Source of the DNA: a virus
Taxonomy: Duplodnaviria; Caudoviricetes
IMG/VR virus record: IMGVR_UViG_3300032155_000022
Coordinates: 1-34,069 of that record
Strand: one strand, 5' to 3'
DNA: 34,069 nucleotides
A program made the position numbers and the translations under genes. Position 1 is the stretch's first letter; the number at the start of each line of letters is the position of its first letter. Of the stretch, positions 1 to 7,774 are shown piece by piece. The notes under the pieces are model-generated. The model searched no databases and had not been told where the DNA came from. It worked only from the letters and a program-made list of their open reading frames with translations.

Positions 1-1020
1 TCACTTGATTTTGAACAGGGGGAAAGCGATGCGCTTGATCTCGCTTTGGAGATGGCCGTCTGAAACATGGGCATAAATTTCTGTGGTCTGGTAACGGGTG
101 TGGCCAAGCAGTTCTTGGAGGGTGCGCAGCTCTCCCCCACCTTCAATGAACAGGCATGCAAACGAGTGGCGAAGGTCGTGCAATCGCATCGATGCGAAGC
201 CAGCTTTTACGAGTGCTGTTTTGACGTTGTGGGTGATCGTGTCCGGGTGTTGCCAGCGTGAGAATATCCGTCCCGATCCTTTGGGGATGCTTTCCAGAAT
301 GGTCTTGAATGTTGGGGAAATAGGATACCACTTGCAAAGGTGTGTCTTGCTTTTTCGGATAAAGTACCGATTTCCTTCTAGGTCAATGTCTTCCCAAGAA
401 AGAGCCAGTAACTCAGATCTGCGGTGGCCAGTGGTGAGGTAGGCCATGATAAGGGCTCGCAGGTCTCCATCGGTTACGGCCATCATGACTCTTGCAATGT
501 CGTGTTTGTCAAGAAACACAGGGGGCTTCTTGTTTGTCTTCAGTTCCTTTGCTCCGCGGAACGGGTTTGTCTTTAGGTATCCCCATTCGACTGCCTTATT
601 GAAGACGCTGCGTAGATGGCGGATGTAGTTGTTGATGGAGGAAGGCTTGAGTTTGCGCTTGTGGCAAGAGGTGATGAGTTTGTCGGAGTCCTTCAGGCTA
701 AGTCGGTCAATGCGGGCAGAAAGGGAGGCGACGCTTATGATTTGTTGTAGGGCAAGCCGATCTGCAAGGAAGGTTTTGTGGGGGCGGTTTATTTCGGCCC
801 ATTCCTCATATTCGGCTGCAAACTCCCCTAGCGTCACAGAGCATTCCCCTGTCAGGGACTGAAGCTTTCCAGCAAGGTACTGGCGTTTGATTTCGTTAAA
901 CAGGCGTAAGGCTTCCGCCTTATTGGCGGTTTTAAGGGATCGCCGCTGCCGGTTTATTTCATAGTACCAGTTTGGCGAATTAGGGAGCTTGAATGGGGGG
1001 CGAAGGCTCATGCCCTTCAT
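1..1020 (-). CDS. int: Tyrosine recombinase / phage integrase
   Basis: Catalytic motifs GHRRSE (R), HDLRH (HxxR), LGH and TEIY (Y); N-terminal arm-binding-like segment. Start could be 1011. Confidence 0.95.
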   Translation of the reverse strand: MKGMSLRPPFKLPNSPNWYYEINRQRRSLKTANKAEALRLFNEIKRQYLAGKLQSLTGECSVTLGEFAAEYEEWAEINRPHKTFLADRLALQQIISVASLSARIDRLSLKDSDKLITSCHKRKLKPSSINNYIRHLRSVFNKAVEWGYLKTNPFRGAKELKTNKKPPVFLDKHDIARVMMAVTDGDLRALIMAYLTTGHRRSELLALSWEDIDLEGNRYFIRKSKTHLCKWYPISPTFKTILESIPKGSGRIFSRWQHPDTITHNVKTALVKAGFASMRLHDLRHSFACLFIEGGGELRTLQELLGHTRYQTTEIYAHVSDGHLQSEIKRIAFPLFKIK

Positions 1021-1235
1021 TAGCGCAGCCTTTTGATATGCTCAAGCGCCTTTGCCTTGAACATGCTTCCGTCGAGCAGTTTCTGGCAGCTCTCTTCGCA
1101 GATGCGCCAGTCCTTTCGTTTTCCGGCGGGGATTTGCGAAGCGTCAACAATGCCTTCCTCGCAATAGCGGCGCATTGTATTTCTGGAGACGTTCAGCATC
1201 TCCATAGCCTGGCTCATTTTCAGGTAGCGGCTCAT
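1020..1235 (-). CDS. Excisionase-like HTH (MerR/HTH_17-type) protein
   Basis: 71 aa, YLKMSQAMEMLNVSRNTMRRYC...WRI pattern typical of Xis; stop overlaps int start. Confidence 0.8.
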   Translation of the reverse strand: MSRYLKMSQAMEMLNVSRNTMRRYCEEGIVDASQIPAGKRKDWRICEESCQKLLDGSMFKAKALEHIKRLR

Positions 1236-1237
1236 GG

Positions 1238-1423
1238 CTAGCGCTCTCTGTTATCCTTGCGTTCCATATTTCCCACAAATACCCGCAGCACGGGCAAGGT
1301 TTCTTGCGCGGTCTCGCCCAGCATAAGGGCGTTGTCGCGTGCGCGGATGATCGCCTCTTCCGGCGTCTCCGCATCAACGCTGATCTGGGTGATGATGGCT
1401 GCTTCCACAACGTAGGTGGCCAT
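1238..1423 (-). CDS. Small hypothetical protein, first gene of the xis-int operon
   Basis: AGGAGG SD upstream of ATG on minus strand; ends 2 nt before xis. Confidence 0.7.
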   Translation of the reverse strand: MATYVVEAAIITQISVDAETPEEAIIRARDNALMLGETAQETLPVLRVFVGNMERKDNRER

Positions 1424-1443
1424 GGGATCCTCCTGACGGTTGC

Positions 1444-1534
1444 GGCCCGTGACACGGATTTTTATGGGGGCGTGTCACGGGCCAGTTGTGGGGAGTCGCT
1501 TATGTACGCTGTGGGGCGGGTCCGGAAACCCGCC
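1444..1534 (-). other. Structured 5' leader of the xis-int operon (two hairpins)
   Basis: Perfect 13-bp IR GGCCCGTGACACG (1444-1456)/CGTGTCACGGGCC (1471-1483) and 7-bp IR GGCGGGT/ACCCGCC (1515-1534). Confidence 0.55.
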
Positions 1535-1611
1535 TGTGGGTGTTTCTCAGCAGTTCCTAGCAGCAGGATCAGCCTGTCCGGGCAAGCTCCACAGTGTGCA
1601 TGTCTTGTGGT

Positions 1612-1660
1612 ATGAGATTTTATCATCTTTTGCAAGATGCTTCATATGAGAAAAAATCAT
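1612..1660. promoter_or_regulatory. Two putative repressor operators ATGA-N7-TCAT
   Basis: ATGAgattttaTCAT 1612-1626 and ATGAgaaaaaaTCAT 1646-1660; same motif as at 2270-2284; flank a TTGCAA -35-like hexamer at 1630-1635. Confidence 0.6.
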
Positions 1661-1732
1661 CAGAAGATGTGGGGTTTTGTCTCTCGTGTACAAGGGGGTG
1701 CGGGAGGCAGAACAAAAATGAGAGGGCACACA

Positions 1733-1912
1733 ATGACGAGGATTGAGCTTGTTGAGTTGATTGAAGATGTGGTGGCTGCGCTTTCGTGTTGTGAAAGGGT
1801 GGCCGATGGAGGGCTTGCTGTGATTGTGGCCGACCAGGTGGGGAAGCTGAAAAGGGTCTCTGATGAGATAGAACGCCTTGGTGGCGCGGAGGCGGGGGAG
1901 TACGTGGAGTAA
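1733..1912 (+). CDS. Small acidic helical hypothetical protein (59 aa)
   Basis: GAGGG SD before ATG 1733; followed directly by a terminator. Confidence 0.6.
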   Translation: MTRIELVELIEDVVAALSCCERVADGGLAVIVADQVGKLKRVSDEIERLGGAEAGEYVE

Positions 1913-1915
1913 ATG

Positions 1916-1942
1916 AAAAAGCCCGGGATGTTCCGGGCTTTT
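1916..1942. terminator. Bidirectional intrinsic terminator
   Basis: AAAAAGCCCGG-gatgtt-CCGGGCTTTT between convergent ORFs. Confidence 0.8.
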
Positions 1943-2210
1943 AGATTTCTTCTTCTGTTTTGATGGCGATTTTAAGCAGGATCATGGGGAGATCTGCCTC
2001 AAGGACTTCTGCAATCTTGTAGCACTCGTCCAGGCTTAGTTTGCGGGTTTTGCCGTCGCCTGTCGGGTTCCTCACCTTTGCCCATTGTCGCGGGCCATCG
2101 TCTGTTTCGAACAAGCGCTTTCCGAACTCTCTATGCGAGAGTCCTTTTTTTTCAATCCGTCTGCATACTTCCTTGACGAATTCTCGTTCCATACTGGCGT
2201 TGTTGTTCAT
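1941..2210 (-). CDS. Putative immunity repressor (XRE-like HTH, no peptidase domain)
   Basis: 89 aa from MNNNASMEREF; KKGLSHREFGKRL...LSLDECYKIAEVL is an XRE-like pattern; divergent from the Cro-like gene. Start may be 2192. Confidence 0.65.
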   Translation of the reverse strand: MNNNASMEREFVKEVCRRIEKKGLSHREFGKRLFETDDGPRQWAKVRNPTGDGKTRKLSLDECYKIAEVLEADLPMILLKIAIKTEEEI

Positions 2211-2259
2211 ATGGGTATCATGATGTTTTTTTGTCACAGCAAATAGTGGCATTTTTCCG

Positions 2260-2288
2260 TTGACCGCATATGACAAAATATCATATGC
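2260..2288 (+). promoter_or_regulatory. Early lytic promoter overlapped by operator
   Basis: TTGACC at 2260-2265 followed by perfect IR GCATATGA-caaaata-TCATATGC (2266-2288). Confidence 0.65.
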
Positions 2289-2296
2289 ACGTGGAC

Positions 2297-2584
2297 ATGA
2301 ACAACACACAATTAGCCTACAGGCAGAACTTGCAGATTCTTCTCGCTGTTCACGGCAGCTATTCCGGAATCGCCAAAGCGATTGGGTTTGATAGAGCCTA
2401 CTTGTATCGGAACAAGGGTTGCCCGACCCCGAAGCTGCAGCGCCGGATTGCAACCGAAGCCGGGCTGATCCGGTTGCGCGAATTCATTAAACTGCTGCGG
2501 AAAGAATACGGCGTATCCAATCGCGATGCTCAACGCCTGATGCTTTCCAGCCATTCCCGGCTGATAGATCACGTCCCCCCGTAA
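2297..2584 (+). CDS. Cro/Cox-like HTH regulator
   Basis: HGSYSGIAKAIGFDRAYLYR helix-turn-helix; first gene of the early rightward operon. Confidence 0.6.
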   Translation: MNNTQLAYRQNLQILLAVHGSYSGIAKAIGFDRAYLYRNKGCPTPKLQRRIATEAGLIRLREFIKLLRKEYGVSNRDAQRLMLSSHSRLIDHVPP

Positions 2585-2665
2585 CCGCTTGCAGCATTCC
2601 ACCAATTGATTATCCCGGAATCTTTTTTCAATTAATCTAGGTGTTATTTCAGGAGGTTTCACACT

Positions 2666-3193
2666 ATGCGGCAGGATCAGGAACGGTACATCCCTGTGGA
2701 CGAGAGGCCCCGGCAGTCATTGGCCGGGCTGGATGCCGTGGACGCATTCAAGCTGGCATGGGAACGCAGCGGCAAGCTTATGCCGGAGATCATGCGCGAG
2801 ATGGGGTGGAGCGAGTACAACGCAAAGCGCATCTTCTCCTTGGAGCGGTACTTCCCCACCTTTGAGGATCTGCCCCGGTTCTGCAACGTGGTGGGCAACA
2901 CGATCATAGTTCAGTGGCTCATGGTTCAGGCCATGCAGTACGGAGTATGCCAGCACCATGCAACCGTGGATTGCCCCGAACTGGTGCGCCGCACCGGCGA
3001 GCTGTTCGGCGAGATGAGCGACGTGGGGCACGAGGCATCTGATGCCATTAAGGATGGCAAGCTGGAGCCCAAAGAGCTGCGTCGCATAATCCGTGAATTG
3101 AACGGTTTGGTGGACAAGTCCATATCCCTGATAGGCGACCTGCGGGAGCTGGAACGAGAAGCTACAGAACGGCGGGAGGTGCAGCATGGCTAA
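2666..3193 (+). CDS. Phage regulatory CII-like protein
   Basis: AGGAGG SD; N-terminal HTH plus C-terminal EMSDV...AIKDGKLEPKELRRIIRE typical of the 186 CII/CP76 family; position after cro. Confidence 0.7.
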   Translation: MRQDQERYIPVDERPRQSLAGLDAVDAFKLAWERSGKLMPEIMREMGWSEYNAKRIFSLERYFPTFEDLPRFCNVVGNTIIVQWLMVQAMQYGVCQHHATVDCPELVRRTGELFGEMSDVGHEASDAIKDGKLEPKELRRIIRELNGLVDKSISLIGDLRELEREATERREVQHG

Positions 3194-3446
3194 GCCTGAA
3201 CGCCCTGCCATAGTCGTGCAGGTGGAACTGGCCATACAAATGGGGGCACCTTGTACGCAGCATGTCAAAACGATGATGGCATACATTCAACAGCTGGAGG
3301 TGCATGCAGAATTGCAGGGCAAGGCCATCAGCTATCTGAGTTCGGTGGTGGATTCCGGCGGCGCGCCCACCCAGGACGAGCAGGCCACCGTGCGCTTTGT
3401 AACAGACCATATTCTCAGCGGTGACCACATGGAAACGGTGCAGTAA
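3186..3446 (+). CDS. Hypothetical phage protein
   Basis: GGAGG SD; overlaps both neighbours (translational coupling). Confidence 0.7.
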   Translation: MAKPERPAIVVQVELAIQMGAPCTQHVKTMMAYIQQLEVHAELQGKAISYLSSVVDSGGAPTQDEQATVRFVTDHILSGDHMETVQ

Positions 3447-6136
3447 TGAGCGATTATGAGATTCCCGCACGTGATATTGTAGAGGCTTTGCAAAGCGATG
3501 CGCGCTTTCAGTTGCAGGAAAAACGGGGCTATCTGCGCGGCGGCCCCTGCCCGGGCTGCGGACAGAAAGAGCTGTTTATCGCCACCGACAAGCCGTGGGT
3601 GCTCAAGTGCGGCCGCCTGAATAAATGCGGCTGGGAAGAGCCTGTGCGGGAACTGCTGCCCGAACTGTTTGAAGACTTTGTGGACAAGTACCCGCCCACG
3701 GAGCAGGAACCGGACCGCACGGCCAGCGTGTACATGGGCATGAACCGTGGTTTTGACCTTTCCAAGATTCGCGGCTGGTACGACCAGGGCATCTACCAGT
3801 ATCCGCATTCCAACTACTTTACGCCCACGGTGCGCTTTTATCTGGACCGCGAAAAGAACGTGTTCTGGCAGCGGCTGATAAAGCCGAATACGGATGCGGA
3901 GAACAAGGGCAAGGCCCGCTTTCATGGCGATTACAAGGGCATGGTATGGGCCCCGCCCGGGCTGGAGATAGTGGAGCGTGACCGTGTGTTTATTGTGGAA
4001 GGCATTTTTCACGCCATTGCGTTGCACCATGCGGGTATTAAGGCCGTGGCTGCTCTTTCGTGCGCCAATTTTCCGGATGCCTTCATCGAGGAGCACCGGG
4101 ATAAAAGGGTGCGCTGGGTGCTGGCGCTGGATGGTGACAAGGCAGGCGGCGACTACACCAAGCGCCATGCCGCCAAGATGCGCGTGCTGCAGCAACGGTG
4201 CGAGGTGTGCCGCCTGCCCGGCAAGCAGGATTGGGACGACTTGTACCGTGCTGGCAGGATTACGGATACGTTCATCAGCGACTGCATGTACTACGGTAAG
4301 CTGTTCATGGCGGAGACGGCCAACGAAAAGGCGTATCACTATTATGTGCGGCACGAATCCAAGTATTTCATTATCGACTTTGCCAATCAGCTCTACCGTG
4401 TGGAGGCTGGCCAGAAGCTTGCAGAGGCGCTGGAATCCGCCGCCGTTGTCCGCCGCAATGAAGCGGAGAATGAAGGAACGGCAGAAGGTGAGGATACGGA
4501 GAGCATAGCCGCGCTGCGCCGCGCCATTCTGGAGTCTCCACGCGGGTGGGATATGTTTCTGCAGCATGCGAACCTGGATAAGATTGCGAACGTAAAGCCG
4601 GAATGCCTGTACCACGAGGCGGATGATCTGGTGGAATCAGATCAGTATTATGTGTTCCGCATCACCTTTCCCAACGGCAGCACGCAGATTCTGCCGCTGG
4701 AAGGTTCGCACCTGCTTTCCGGTCTCACTTTTTCTTCAGCACTTATCAACAAAACGCCGGGGTCGGATTTCTCTGGCACCAACACGGACTTTTTGTACCT
4801 GCGTAAGCGCTGGCTGGATATTGCCCAGCAAAAGAGCATACGCCGCACGCAGTACATGGGGTACGTTAAATCCATTGATGCCTATGTGTTTGAAAAGGCC
4901 GCGTACTACAAGGGCAAAGAGATTCCGTTGAATGACGAAGGCTTCTTCCGCATTGGCAGGCACGGGGTGCGCCCGCATCTTAAAAGCATGCACATCCGCA
5001 CCGATGGTGCCTTTTCTCCCGACTGGCTGGATGACTATATCCGCGTGTTTCACTGGCAGGGCCTTGCCCTGCTGGCCTTCTGGCTGGGTACGCTGTTCGC
5101 CCAGCAGATTCGCGAAGTGCAGAAATCCTATCCCTTCTTTGAGCTGACGGGTGAGCCTGGATCCGGCAAAACCACGGTGCTGGAGTTTTTGTGGAAGTGC
5201 TGTGGCCGTGACGGGTATGAAGGCTTTGATCTGCTCAAGTCCAGTCCTGCGGGGCGGCGCCGAGCGTTGAGCCAGCTTTCCAACCTGCCGCTTGTTATCA
5301 TTGAGTCGGACCGTGATGCCGGCGGCAAGGATGGCCGGATCCGGCAGTTCAATTTTGATGAGTTCAAGCCCTACTACAACGGGCGCGCCACAGGCACCGT
5401 GGGCGTGCCTACGCGGGGCAACGAGATAGAAGAGAGCATGTTTCAGGGTGCCATAATTATAGCCCAGAATGCGGAGGTGGAAGCCTCTGATGCCGTAATA
5501 GAACGCATTGTACACTGCCATGCGGATAAGCAACACCACGGAGCCGGAACACGCGAACTGGCCCGCTGGTTTGAGCGACAGTCCGCTGAAACGGTAGGCG
5601 GTATGCTGCGCAGGGCCTTGAGGGCAGAACGCCAGATACTGGAAACCTACTTTGCGGCCTTTGCACGATTTGAAGAGCAATTTGCCCGGCACCTTAAGAA
5701 CGAGCGCGTCATAAAGAACCATGCCCAGATAGCTGCAGCCGGAGAGGCTCTTGGCGTGCTGTTTCCACGCATGACGAAAGAGCGCGTAGCCAGACTGGGT
5801 GACTATCTGCTTGAGCGGGCTGTCTCGCGTCAGACACGCCTTGAATCGGATCCCAAAGCCGTTGAAGAGTTCTGGGATACCTTCCACTACCTGAACGATG
5901 AAGCAGATACTCGTGAGGTAGGCAGGCTGAATCATTCCGCAGACGGCAATGTTATTGCCGTGAGCCTGAAGGAGTTTGAATCCGTCTGCAGGCATCACGG
6001 CCTTAACCTGCCAGATCTGCGCACTCTCTCTACCCTCCTCAAGAACAGCAAGCGACACCCCTTCATAGAAAGCAATGCCTCTGTGTGGAGTCGCTGGACC
6101 AAGACAAATAAGAAGTGTTGGCGCTTTAAGGTGTAA
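3446..6136 (+). CDS. Replication primase/helicase (Zn finger + TOPRIM + P-loop NTPase)
   Basis: CPGC...C...C zinc site, IVEG and LDGDKAG TOPRIM motifs, KQDWDD, Walker A GEPGSGKTT; 896 aa. Confidence 0.9.
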   Translation: MSDYEIPARDIVEALQSDARFQLQEKRGYLRGGPCPGCGQKELFIATDKPWVLKCGRLNKCGWEEPVRELLPELFEDFVDKYPPTEQEPDRTASVYMGMNRGFDLSKIRGWYDQGIYQYPHSNYFTPTVRFYLDREKNVFWQRLIKPNTDAENKGKARFHGDYKGMVWAPPGLEIVERDRVFIVEGIFHAIALHHAGIKAVAALSCANFPDAFIEEHRDKRVRWVLALDGDKAGGDYTKRHAAKMRVLQQRCEVCRLPGKQDWDDLYRAGRITDTFISDCMYYGKLFMAETANEKAYHYYVRHESKYFIIDFANQLYRVEAGQKLAEALESAAVVRRNEAENEGTAEGEDTESIAALRRAILESPRGWDMFLQHANLDKIANVKPECLYHEADDLVESDQYYVFRITFPNGSTQILPLEGSHLLSGLTFSSALINKTPGSDFSGTNTDFLYLRKRWLDIAQQKSIRRTQYMGYVKSIDAYVFEKAAYYKGKEIPLNDEGFFRIGRHGVRPHLKSMHIRTDGAFSPDWLDDYIRVFHWQGLALLAFWLGTLFAQQIREVQKSYPFFELTGEPGSGKTTVLEFLWKCCGRDGYEGFDLLKSSPAGRRRALSQLSNLPLVIIESDRDAGGKDGRIRQFNFDEFKPYYNGRATGTVGVPTRGNEIEESMFQGAIIIAQNAEVEASDAVIERIVHCHADKQHHGAGTRELARWFERQSAETVGGMLRRALRAERQILETYFAAFARFEEQFARHLKNERVIKNHAQIAAAGEALGVLFPRMTKERVARLGDYLLERAVSRQTRLESDPKAVEEFWDTFHYLNDEADTREVGRLNHSADGNVIAVSLKEFESVCRHHGLNLPDLRTLSTLLKNSKRHPFIESNASVWSRWTKTNKKCWRFKV

Positions 6137-6143
6137 CTGTTTG

Positions 6144-6182
6144 ATATGTATACATACACGTGCATGCGTGTATGCGCGCATA
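6144..6182. repeat. 39-nt alternating purine-pyrimidine tract with internal palindromes
   Basis: ATATGTATACATACACGTGCATGCGTGTATGCGCGCATA; CATACACG/CGTGTATG IR at 6153-6174. Confidence 0.8.
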
Positions 6183-6221
6183 AAGCGGGGGAGCTCTAAA
6201 GACTATGGGGGAGCTATATAT

Positions 6222-6462
6222 GGTTAGAATGGTTAGAGTAAGGTTAGAGTGCTGAAATGAAAGAGTTTTTTCCGCACCTCACAGGGGTTAGAATGAGGTT
6301 AGGTCTAACCTTTTATCCTAACCTCTCTCTAACCTTTTGGCCTGTTTGTAATAGGTTGAAATAATAGTGAAAATAAAAGGAGGGGTTAGAACTAACCTCT
6401 GTGTAGTTAGGGTCTTTTTCGAGTATAATAAGGTGGTTACATTTAAACCTAACCTTCTAACC
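6222..6462. repeat. Iteron array (GGTTAG/CTAACC), putative replication origin
   Basis: About 12 exact GGTTAG/CTAACC copies in both orientations plus degenerate ones, around an AT-rich segment (about 6345-6378), directly downstream of the primase/helicase. Confidence 0.75.
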
Positions 6463-6652
6463 TCTGTTGAAGGGGGGGGTACCCCAAAAGGAGGAAGGAC
6501 TCATGGAAACGCGGCATGAAAACGGTTTGGAGCTGGGGAGGGGCGTGAGTCTGTACCTCTTTAAAGGGGTGTGCTACTGGCGGGGTATTTCCTTGATTTT
6601 TCGGGCTATATATTGTTAGTAGAATATATATTTTTTCAAGTTGGGTGTCACA

Positions 6653-7774
6653 ATGACCGCGCAGGCGATAGTTGAACAGTTTGAGGCCATTGTGCCGGAA
6701 AATGCGGCCCTCCAGAATGCCGGGGCCGGGCTGCGCGCCGTGGATTTTTTCTGCGGTGCGGGGGGCATGACGCACGGGATGCTGCGTGCGGGAATTCAGG
6801 TTCTGGGCGGCATTGATAATGCCGAGGACTGCCGCAGGACCTATGAGGAGAATAATGCTCCAGCCCGGTTCATCAATGCGGACGTGGAAAAGCTGACTGC
6901 AGAGGAGCTTTCTTCACTACTTGGCATTGTTCCGGATGATGAGCGTCTTGTATTTATCGGGTGCAGCCCCTGCCAGTACTGGAGCAAGATCCAGACGGAA
7001 AAGAAGAAGAGCGAGAAGAGTGCCTTTCTTCTTCGTGAGTTTGAGCGTTTTGTCGGTGAGTTCCGTCCTGGCTATGTGGTGCTGGAAAATGTGCCGGGCC
7101 TCAAAACAAACACGCAGAGCCACCTGCCTGCCTTTCTCCGTTTTCTGAAAAAACACGGCTATGCCCATGCCGAGGCCATTGTGGATGCCAGCGGTTACGG
7201 TGTTCCGCAGCACAGAAAACGCTTTCTGCTTGTTGCCACCCGAAACCATGCGTCTGTTCAGCTGCCGGAACGCTCCGGAGGCATTGTTACCGTGCGGGAT
7301 GTTATAGGGGAGCACAACGGCTTTCCCCGTATTCCGGCTGGTCATGTGGATGAGACACCGTTTGCGCATTCAACGGCGGATCTTTCAGAAGATAATCTGT
7401 GCCGTATACGCATGACACCCAAAAATGGCGGCAATCGTTACAGCTGGAAGGATACGGACCTGCAGATTCCGGCCTACAAGGGTAAGGATGGCAGCTTTAA
7501 AGATGTGTATGGCCGTATCTACTGGGACAAAACCGCCCCTACCATAACCACCAAATTTCACAGCCTTTCCAACGGTCGTTTCGGCCATCCAGAAGAAGAC
7601 CGCGCGCTTTCTCTGCGCGAAGGTGCATGCCTGCAGACCTTCCCCAGAGACTATGTGTTTCATTCATCCAGCCGCGGCAACATCGCCAGACAAATTGGTA
7701 ACGCCGTGCCTCCGGCCCTGGCGGAACATATAGGTGCCCACCTCATAAGGACGTTTGCGAATGGCCACGTTTAA
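6653..7774 (+). CDS. DNA (cytosine-5)-methyltransferase
   Basis: Motif I DFFCGAGG, IV GCSPCQ, VI ENV, VIII GVPQHRKR, IX/X LSLREGACLQTFP...IGNAVPP. Confidence 0.95.
   Translation: MTAQAIVEQFEAIVPENAALQNAGAGLRAVDFFCGAGGMTHGMLRAGIQVLGGIDNAEDCRRTYEENNAPARFINADVEKLTAEELSSLLGIVPDDERLVFIGCSPCQYWSKIQTEKKKSEKSAFLLREFERFVGEFRPGYVVLENVPGLKTNTQSHLPAFLRFLKKHGYAHAEAIVDASGYGVPQHRKRFLLVATRNHASVQLPERSGGIVTVRDVIGEHNGFPRIPAGHVDETPFAHSTADLSEDNLCRIRMTPKNGGNRYSWKDTDLQIPAYKGKDGSFKDVYGRIYWDKTAPTITTKFHSLSNGRFGHPEEDRALSLREGACLQTFPRDYVFHSSSRGNIARQIGNAVPPALAEHIGAHLIRTFANGHV

Noticed and set aside
1-60. attL/att core site
   Set aside because: The window begins at the integrase stop codon; no tRNA end or duplicated core is visible.
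2211-2453. N-terminal extension of the repressor ORF (170-aa call)
   Set aside because: Overlaps the divergent Cro-like gene and the operator/promoter region; the 89-aa version is more plausible.
3332-6181. 427-aa and 481-aa minus-strand ORFs
   Set aside because: Antisense shadows of the primase/helicase.
6222-6462. GGTTAG repeats as CRISPR array or telomere-like repeats
   Set aside because: Units are 6-7 nt, irregularly spaced and in both orientations, with no spacer periodicity and no cas genes; position fits origin iterons.
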